DNA of 64,000 nucleotides from Mobula hypostoma (lineage: Eukaryota): contig NC_086108.1 of the NCBI RefSeq assembly GCF_963921235.1, positions 61,754,001 to 61,818,000 of the forward strand. Direction: 5' to 3'. The position numbers and the translations under genes were made by a program. The first letter of the stretch is position 1, and each line of letters starts with the position of its first letter. The notes beneath the pieces were generated by a model. It searched no databases, was not told the DNA's origin, and saw only the letters and a list, made by a program, of their open reading frames with translations. Below are positions 55,041-64,000 of this stretch, piece by piece.

Positions 55041-57713
55041 AAGGACAGAACTGAACCATTCTCCTACACAGTGGAGATTGAGTCTGATATCATCGAGAGA
55101 CAACACATCGATCAGTAGAGGAGAGCAGAGTCAATCTATAGAGAAGCAAGTTGGCTACTGCTATCAGACCAGTTTAAGTACTTTATTACGGGTTCTATGT
55201 ATAAATATATGAATTGCCTATGTCAAGTGCCTTGCTTAAAGTAAACACAAAGTTAGACCCCATTTCGGACTCCTGCATCTTCCTCTGAATTAGTTTAAAG
55301 TTTTGAAGTTGCAAAACGAGGTTTTTTAAGACAAACCTGATATTACTACCGACCTATTGAAATGCAGTGAGGAATGGTCAAGTTTCAAAATAAAGCAGCA
55401 CAGCATATGTTCTTCAGAAGGGAAGACATGGTCGAGTTTAAAGACAGAAAACAGAAGAATTCACAGGTTCATAAACAGTGAGCACCAGGTGATAATAATC
55501 ATAAATAAAAGCAGAACAGGCTGGCTACATCAGAAAGATAGACACTTTTGATTACTCAGTGGGTAACAGGCTCATGCATACTGAGCTAACTGAACAGTAT
55601 TTTGAAACAAATGAAATAGCCAATGAGAAACAAGTGCCTGTTTTGCTGAGTGCATTGGGTTTAAAGTTTACTTCAACGTTTAACTGCAGCAACCAAATCA
55701 GTAGAAATGACCTTTGCTGATATTGTGAAAGTAATGCAGGAACATTTAGAATGAAGCCTTTATTGATGGCAGAATATTGAGGTTTCATAAGTGGAATCAA
55801 AAGGAAGGCGAGTCCATTTCAGTGTATGTGGCTGAATTGAAGAGATTGTCTGAGCTTTGTCAGTTCGGTAATGGGCTTAATGATATACTGAGCATTTAGT
55901 TTGTGGAATCGTACAAGAATGCATTCAAAAATGGCTCTTAACTGAGCCACAGCTTACATTTAAAAGTGCAGTTAAAATTGCTGTATCAATGGAAACAGCT
56001 GACAGAGACACAATTCAGTTGCAGTTGGGAATGAAAGTGAGTATGAACAAAATTGAAATACCTTAACAAAAACCAGCCTGGCTGAACCAGTTATGTTACT
56101 GTTGTGGCAGGGGCTCACATTCACTAGATGAATGTAGGTTTAAAGACGAAACTTGCAGAAAATGCAATAACGTATGTCACATACAAAGAGCATATAAGGC
56201 AGACAAAAATAAGTGGTCCGCACAGGGAAGAGACAAAGCTAAAAACTCAAGCTGTAGTTTAAAAAAGAGCACTAATCTGTACGCTGTTGATGAAAAGTCT
56301 GTTAATGATGAGAGTGCCTTTAGATTTACAAAATGAAATCTGACAATAGACAATCAATATGGCTTACACCAGAAGTGAACAGCAAATTGGACACTTGCTC
56401 AGCTGTTTCAGTCATTCCACAAAATGAGTCTGAATGGCATTTCAAAGATACAGAACTGAAGTCTGCAGATATCCAACTAAGACCTTATACAGGAAACAAG
56501 GTAACTCTTGGGGAATGACATTTGTATTAGTGAAATGCAACAACCAACAAGCCACATTGAGCTTGTAAGTGGTAAAAACAGGAGGACTAGCACTGTGGAG
56601 GCATGATTGTCTGAGGCAACTACAATTTGATTGGAGATCCATCCATCGCCTGCATGCCACAGCCCCTGTAACAGTCAATTGAAAGCAGATCAAGAAAGAT
56701 ACTGGATGATTCCACAACTGTCTCCATGATGCACACCATGAACCATTCCTCAATAGAGAGTAAAAAGGGTTGGATCTGACCTCTGCGCCTCTGGTTGGAA
56801 AGCATATTGGACCAAGGAATGACTATGCTGCTCAGAAGGATTGTGAAAGTGATAAAAGCAGTGTCCAACTACAATAGATTTTATAGGCAACATATCTGAG
56901 AAAGCTACTGATTTCTTAATCTGGCAGTTACTTGCAAAATGTGGCTTGATGTTAAACTGGTGGAGAGTTCAAAGAGCTTCAGGAAAGCTGCAAGCATTTA
57001 GCTTTTGTGAGTATAAGCAATTGAATCTACTCTGCGTGCATTAAGGTTATTGTATGACCTTCAAGTGGGAGGCAAGGAGCTGCTTGTAAAAGTGGATGCA
57101 AAGACCGAAGCCCAGCTGGATGAATGGAAGGCCAAAAAGAAAGGAGTCAATGAGATACATAAACAGAATATTCATCAGATTATGTCAGAACCACTTTGCG
57201 CAGTCCCAGAGTCAACTCCTACAACCACCACTGAGGAGGCCCCAGAACCTCAACTTCCACCTGTCAAACAGAGTGATCTCCCGTGTCAGGAAAGACATTA
57301 TTCCAAAAGAGAAAAAATCCTCCACAGTGATTAAATCTCTGGACCTGAATGGGACAATTTAACATTTACTATGTTGTGGATGATGTGGATGTCTGTATAT
57401 AGTAGTTGTATTATATAGTATTCTGTGTATAGTTGAGATGCTTTCTATATTGAGTTGGAACTTACAGCCATACAGGGAGAAGTTTGTGTATTTAATATTT
57501 CGGTAATATGGTAAATATATTGTTTGATGAAGTATTCTTGTTTGTTTAAATAATTCATTATGGATTGTATGCATAAATACATGAAGTGCATACTTTATCA
57601 CGCTACCACGTAATATGTACGCACCCTAAGTAAACACTGAGTTAGACTCACATTTCAGACTCCGGTGCCTTCCTTGGAATTATCTTAATGTTTTTAAGTT
57701 ACAAAACTTAACA
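55041..57713 (+). mobile_element. Degenerate Ty3/Gypsy LTR retrotransposon: pol-3' fragment, partial LTR (55171-55317), gag, protease, captured RBM25 fragment, pol tail, PPT, LTR (57483-57713)
   Basis: Gag reads AGYIRKIDTFD...EQYFETNEIANEKQVPVLLSALG from 55520 and QKEGESISVYVAELKRLSELCQFG. Zinc knuckles CYCCGRGSHSLDEC / CRKCNNVCHIQRAY (56094-56195). Protease LDTCSAVSVI (56387). Pol tail ...CQERHYSKR. Purine tract AGGGAGAAG directly before the 3' LTR. Confidence 0.9.
56779..57183 (+). pseudogene. RBM25: Processed (intron-less) fragment of RNA-binding motif protein 25 (RRM domain), inside the Gypsy element
   Basis: Translation with 1-nt frameshifts near 56863 and 57021: TSAPLVGKHIGPRNDYAAQKDCESDKSS/PTTIDFIGNISEKATDFLIWQLLAKCGLMLNWWRVQRASGKLQAFSFCEYKQ/ESTLRALRLLYDLQVGGKELLVKVDAKTEAQLDEWKAKKKGVN. 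This matches the recalled vertebrate RBM25 sequence (VGKH...GPTTTVFVGNISEKASDMLIRQLLAKCGLVLSWKRVQGASGKLQAFGFCEYKEPESTLRALRLLHDLQIGEKKLLVKVDAKTKAQLDEWKAKKK). Confidence 0.93.
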
Positions 57714-57734
57714 ACCATGTCATTATATCTATAA

Positions 57735-58510
57735 GAATACTTGCCATTACAAGCTCAGTGTGCTTGCCATAACTCAGGCCGTTGCAACCCTGAAATTTTG
57801 CCTTTGGCTTCCTCACGCTTGCCGCAGGGAGTGTCTGTAACACCAGTTTCTCTGCAGTCCATGCTTGTAGTAAACAAATAACTGATGTCCTGCTTGAGAG
57901 AGCAAACACATTCGGCAATTTCTCCATGGATGTCCTAGGACTCTGGGGCTTGCACAGATTGCAGGATTCCCTCAGGTCTCTGGTGTCATTGACTTGACTC
58001 ATGTTGCTCCTTCACAAAACATGACTAGTTTCATAAATCACAGGACTTTCACTCTATTAATGTGTGTCTAGTGCGTGGTTCAGGTCTGTGCCTGCTTTCC
58101 TGGCAATAATGCTTTGATATTGAGGCAATCACACAGTTCCTATTGTTCTCTCTTACACATGGAGCTGAAGACTAACAGCATATCCCTTGCACAATTGTTT
58201 TATGACTCTTCACAGAAATCCACACTCAGTTGTACTACTGCTGTTATTAGATTAATGAGTAAGCTAGAACCTAATAGTCTGTAAAGGACTGCTCAAATTC
58301 CTGCATAGATCTGTCAACATCCTGCAGGAAAAAGTGCTTCATATAATTCTGATTTGCTATATGCTGTCTAAAGTGAAAACACTACGAGAGAAGAACAATT
58401 AGCATGATGAGCATATTGATAATGAGCATTGAACAGGAGGAAGGCAAAGGTTTCCTGCAGTTAGAGGAATTCAAAGAAAACACCAACTGAAGAAATCTTG
58501 ATCCTCTGCC
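57735..58510 (+). mobile_element. Fossil PIF/Harbinger DDE transposase (HARBI1-family-like), fragmented
   Basis: Collinear motifs across frameshifts: AVHACSKQITDVLLERANTF, IAGFPQVSGVIDLTHVA (~57958-58008), FINH../FHSINVCLV, VCACFPGNNALILRQS, AYPLHNCFMTLHRNP and GLLKF...IILICYML. Confidence 0.85.
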
Positions 58511-58924
58511 TCACTCTAAATTAGCCAGTCACTCTACCCTACAATCAACAATTTGCCAAAAATGAACATTTATATTCATGATAAGCAACATCAAACTCCT
58601 ATCAAGTGTCGTTTCATTTCTAGATGACTGCAAAGTAACAGTGTCAGAAATGAGAATTTGCACAAGCTGACATGAATTTTCCTGCAACATATTTGCAAGC
58701 TTAGTCTAATGCATTCATTTATTGGTAGAGTAATAAAAATAGAGACCTATATTTATGTACCAGGTTTTACATCCTAAAATGTGGCAAAGCACTTAACAGC
58801 TAATGAAATACGTTTAACATGTAGCCATGGTTGAAAGGTTGCAATGTGGTAAATTCACAACCTCTTGGACACAATGAAGACTCACAAATGGTAAATTAAT
58901 AATGACCAAATAATTTCATCTTTC

Positions 58925-61586
58925 TTATGCTCACAAGTCACTGCTAGATATTCACTGCTAGACCAAATACTGCAAGTCTACCTCACGGGTGAGTTGTTGG
59001 ACAGCAGATGAGCTCGCGAGGATGGGCGTATTGCCTGTCAGCCAACCGCGTTGTTACCTGCTACAGCTGCTTCTGTCAGAAGCGGTGCGCAAGGAAACAA
59101 AAGCGTGGTAAGTGCATTGGTGGCATTCATGCGAGACTAGAGGCAAAATCCTGCAGGCCAGCTCTCCCGTCAATTCCTCTTTCAAATATCCAATCTCTAG
59201 AAAATAAACTGTGCCCGAGACTGAATCAGCATGAGATGAAAGACTGCTGCACACTGATTCTGACAGAAACATGGCTCCAAGATATCACCCCGGAAGTGGC
59301 CATCCAGTTAGAGGGCTTCATCTCTTTTTGGGCTGACAGAATTCCTGCACTCTCTGGCGAGACCTGCAGTGGAAGTGTATGTATCTATGTCATTAAGAAT
59401 GGTTTGTGAACACTTTGGTGATGATGACCCCCTGTTGGCCTATGGTAGATTTCTTAGAGGTGAAGTGCAGACCCTTCTATTTACCAAGGGTGATCACTGC
59501 TACTGTGATTGTGGCTGTATACATCTCTCACGTGCTAATACTGGGGAAGCACTGTGTGAGCTCTACAGTGCCATGGAGCAAACCACACAACTCGATGGTT
59601 TCTTCGAGTTGTTGCTAGCAACTTCAGGATATCGAGGACATCCCCATTATTAAACACATCTTTGTGAGGACAAATCAGAAGCCATGGTTGACAGCAAAGG
59701 TCCGGGCATTGCTGAGAGACTGGGATGCTGCCTTCCTATCGGGGGATAAAACAGCTCTCAGTCTGCATAAGCTGTGCTTTCCTGTGCTTTCCTGATGGAA
59801 GGCAAAATAGGATTGTTCACAGAGAGTATACGGCCATTTCTGTGACACCAGATATATAAGGCGCACGTGGCAGGGCATAGCGGACTGCCCTGTGCATCAG
59901 CAACATTGAAGCTTCTCCTTCTGATAGGCTGAATGATTTTTATGCTTGGTTTGATGCATTGAACGATGTGCCAGAGAGGAAGGTCCCCCTTCCGTCTGAG
60001 GAGCAGGCACTCTGTCTGCGACTGATTGTGAGGAAGACCCAGGCCAAGGTCAACCCAGGTAAAGCCGCGGAGCCTGATGACATACCTGGTCAGGTGCTGA
60101 GGGACTGTGCATCTCGGTCAACAGAGATTCAAACAGACATCACCAACATCTCTCTGGAACAGTCCACTGTCCCCTCAGGCTGCAAGGAGGCCACCATCAT
60201 CCCAGTACCCAAGACAGCCACAGTAACCTGTCTCAATTATGACTGTCCAGTGAAGTGCTTTGAGCAGCTGGCTATAGATCACATTAAATCCCATCTTCCT
60301 ACTATATTGGGCCCTTTCCAGTTTGCTTATCACTTAAATTGGTCTACTGATGATGCACCCCACTTCATCATGTGCCTGATATGACAAGATCCTTCATGTG
60401 GCAAGATGTCATTTATCAACTTCAGCTCAGCATTTAATACAATCATCCCTCAAAAGCTGGTGGATAAACAGTCCGCGTCTCAACATCTCTTCACTGTAAC
60501 TGGATCCTGGACTTGCTGACAGAAAGGCCACAGTCAGTACGTGTTGGCAGAAACACCTCGAGCTCCATCACACTGAGCACCAGCACTCCCCAGGGATGCA
60601 TGCTCAGCCCGCAGCTGTTCACACTGCTGACGCATGACTGCACTGCTGGATCAGGTTCAAACTGAGTAACCAAGTTCGCTGATGATACAACAGTGACTGG
60701 CCTCACCAAGCAATGGTGACAAAACGGCTTATAGGGAGGAGGTAGAGTGGCTTGTAGAATGGTGCAAGCACGACAACTGGAGTCTCGTAGTGGACAAGAC
60801 CAAAGAGATGATTGTGGATTTTTGGACTGTGCAGGCTGACCACTCCTCATTGCACATAGACAACACCTCCATGGAGAGAGTTAGGGGCACTAAGTTTCTG
60901 GGAATGTACATTATCGACGATCTCACCTGGTCCCTCAACGCCATCTCATTGGTCAAGAAAGAACAGCAGTATTTCCACTTCCTGAGGAGATTGAGGTGAG
61001 TGAGGTGAGTGAAGTGAGTGAGGCTCTCCCACCCCACCACCCATTCTAATCACTTTTTTACAGGAGCATGACTAAGTGTGTTCTGACCAGCTATATCACC
61101 GTCTGGTATGGGCATTGCAAAGTATCTGATCTGAAGTCTCAAAAACGGATTGCAAGTCCTTTTGAGAGGGACATTAGGATCTCTCTTTCACCCATTAGAG
61201 ATACTTATAAGGAGCGCTACATATACAGGGCTTTAGCATTGCAAACATCCCTCCCATCTACCTTACAATCTCTTTGATCCCCTACCATCAGGCACTAGAA
61301 CAAGAACTGTTAGGATGGGAAACAGCTTCTTCTCCAGGCCATCGGGCTTCTGAACTCCCTGCCACCACCCTGGTCTCATCACACATGAAGTGCCAGTAGG
61401 ATTATACTGTTTACTTTTTAACTTGTGTTGTAAATGTATCTTATTATTTCTTAATTTATTTGTGATAATATTACTTCATGTGTTACGTGTACTGTCCTTG
61501 GTCCAGAGGAACACTGCTTCAGTTGGTGGTATACATGTTCAGTTTTAATTCAATAACTATTAACTGAACTTGATTTTGAACTTGAA
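58925..61586 (+). mobile_element. Rex1/Babar-type LINE, near end-to-end but internally deleted and degenerate
   Basis: KRCARKQKRGK...RPALPSI.LSN.QSLENK...LTETWL (APE), [34 protein letters not shown] and KFADDTTV (60672-60695). (TGAACT)n tail. Confidence 0.9.
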
Positions 61587-61914
61587 TGATGGAATAAGTA
61601 GGAGTAAACTAGTGATAATGTCATGACTGCACATAGTACTCAAAATCCAAAACTCATTTCAGAAAAGTTAATGTAACTAATTTCACTTATATAACTATAG
61701 AGTGATTAATGTTATCAACTGTGAATGAATTTCTAAGCAAAGCTAATTTTAAAATATGTATTGAGGAATATATATAGTTTTGGACATTTAGAACAACTCC
61801 ATTGCTTCTCTATAGACGATTTCTTACATAGAGAAGTCTAAAGTCAAGTTTAAGGCATCTGTTTCAACATTTCACCCAAAAAGATCATACACTAAAAACT
61901 CTTATCAACTCTTC

Positions 61915-63828
61915 CCCATCTAAAAACCCTGGATGAACCATACGTTTTCAGTCTGCTGAGGACAGATCAGAGGCATCCAAGAATATTACAAGATGTCCAG
62001 GTACAATCTCTGGAAAGCCATCTCACAGGCAAAGTGGCAGTTCCAGTCTAAACTTGAATTAATGAAGGATGCTCAGCAGTTATGCTAGGGCTTGAATACT
62101 ATCAACTCTTATAAAGTAAAATCAAGCAACGTCAGCAACAACAGGGCTTCACTTCCAGATGAACTCAATGCCTTCTATGCTTGCTTTGACTGGCAAAACA
62201 TGGAAGAACCATCATGAACTCCCACAGTCCCGAAGACCCTGTGATTTTAGTCTCTGAGGCTGACGGACATGTATCCTTCAGGAGGGTGCACACAGGCCCA
62301 GACGGGGTACCTGGCCAAGTGTTAAAGACCTGTTCTGGTCAATTGGCTGAAGTGTTTACTGAGATCTTTAACCTCTCAATTCAATAGTCTGACATACCCA
62401 ACTGCTTCAAGCAGGCTTCAATTTCACCAGCGCCTAAGAAGAACATGGTGACCTGCCTCAATGATTATTGTCCAGCAGCACTTACATCCACAGTGATGAA
62501 GCCTTTTCAGAGGCTGGTGATGAAACTTGGATCTGCTTCAGTTTGCCTACCGGCACAACAGGTCCACAGCTGACGCCATCCCATTGGCTCTTCACTCAAC
62601 TCTGGAACTTCTGGACAGCAAAGGTGCATACATCAGGATGCTCTTTATCAACAACAGCTCATCATTCAATCCTACCATCCCCTCAAAACTGATCAATAAG
62701 CTCCAAGACTTTGGTCTTAATACCTCCTTGTGCAATTGGATCCTCAATTTCCTTACTACAGACCCCAGTCAGTTCAGATGGCAACAGTATCTCCTCTACA
62801 ATCCCCATCAGCACAGATACACCATAAGACTGTGTGCTTAGCCCCCTGCTCTACTTGCCTTACACTTATGACTAAGTACAGCTCCAATGCCATATTCTTG
62901 TTTACTGTCATAGGTCGAATCAAAGGCAATCATGATTCATAACATAGGAGGGAGATTGAAAATCTGGCTGAGTGATGTCACAACAACAACCTCATACTCA
63001 ATGTCAACAAGACCAAGGAGCTGATTTTTAACTTCAGGAGGAAGAAACCAGAGGTCCATGATCAAGTCCCCATTAAGGGATCAGAGGAGGAGGAGGTCAG
63101 CAATTTTAAATTCCTCAGTGTTATCATCTCAGAAGACCTGCCCTGAGCCCGGCACTTAAGTGCAATTACAAAGGAAACGTGACAAATCCTCTGCTTCCTT
63201 AGGAGTTTCCGAAGATTTAGCATGACATCTAAAACTTCTAGAGATGTGTGTTGGAAAGTATATTGACTAGATATATCACTGCCTGGAATGGATACACTAA
63301 TGCCCTTGAACTGAATTTCCATCAAAAAGTTTTGTATATGGCCTAGTCTATCACAGGCAAAGTCCTCTCCACCATTGAGCACATCTACACAAAGCGTTAT
63401 TGTAGGAAAGCAGCATCCATCACTAGAGACTTCCACGACCCAGGTCATGCTCTCTTCTCACTGATGCCATCAGAAAGAAGATACAGTAGTCTTAGGATTC
63501 GCAGCACCAGGTTCAGGAACAGTTATCACCCCCCAACCATCAGGCTCTTGAACCAGTGGGGATGACTTCACCCAACTTCACTTGCCCCGTCACCAAAGTT
63601 TTTCCACAAACGAAGACACATTTTCAAGAGCTCTTCATCTCACGTTATCAATATTTATTGCTTATTATTAGTTCTTCTTTCTTTTTGTATTTGCATGGAT
63701 TGTTTTCTTTTGCGCACTGGTTATATGCTGAGTTGGAGTCTTCCATTGATTCTATTATGATTATTGGATTTATTGAGTATGCCTGCATGGTTGTATATGG
63801 TGATAGTAAATTTACTTTGAACTTTGAA
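61915..63828 (+). mobile_element. Rex1/Babar-type LINE RT and 3' end, degenerate
   Basis: [20 protein letters not shown]...YIRMLFI..SSSFN.TIPSKLI.KLQD.GL..SLCNWIL and NVNKTKELI. Tail AAATTTACTTTGAACTTTGAA. Confidence 0.9.
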
Positions 63829-64000
63829 GGTAACCTAATGGTACCAGACTCCCACAGCACTGATATTCTGGGAGACTAATTCGATGTATTCAGGAATGGA
63901 ACAATGACCCAAAGCCTCTTGACTGTGTTACTAGTTGAAGTAGAACTCAAAGTTCAATGTACATTTATTATCAAAGTACATATACCATATACAATCTTGA

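Noticed and set aside
56779..57183. A genuine exon of the functional RBM25 gene
   Set aside because: It has frameshifts and substitutions at conserved residues, no other RBM25 exons are in the window, and it is embedded between Gypsy protease and pol-tail sequence.
57735..58510. Domesticated HARBI1 gene
   Set aside because: It has multiple frameshifts and internal deletions, including around catalytic motifs, which fits a dead transposon.
60993..61023. GAGGTGAGT x3 as clustered splice donors
   Set aside because: A local 9-bp slippage duplication inside the Rex1 RT region.

Overview
AT-rich vertebrate genomic DNA, most likely from a cartilaginous fish (shark or ray), judged from the repeat families present: CR1 LINEs with an SGNH-esterase ORF1, tRNA-derived V-SINEs with CR1-type tails, Penelope-like elements and Rex1/Babar LINEs. 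I found no convincing host-gene exon, RNA gene or prokaryotic feature, so the window looks intergenic or deep intronic. Most of the longer ORFs in the track are decayed transposon fragments or their antisense shadows. The main finding is a degenerate Ty3/Gypsy LTR retrotransposon (~55.0-57.7 kb) whose RT-RNaseH-integrase core has been replaced by an intron-less, sense-orientation fragment of the host splicing-factor mRNA RBM25 (RRM domain), which points to LTR-mediated capture of a cellular gene. Also present are two fossil PIF/Harbinger transposases that the ORF track does not show as such (26.6-27.5 kb minus, 57.7-58.5 kb plus), a 351-bp fully palindromic hAT-type MITE with an 8-bp TSD, a Tc1/mariner-type MITE, several non-autonomous retroelements and a candidate E-box-rich enhancer. 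All assignments come from manual reading and recalled family motifs, and repeat boundaries are approximate.
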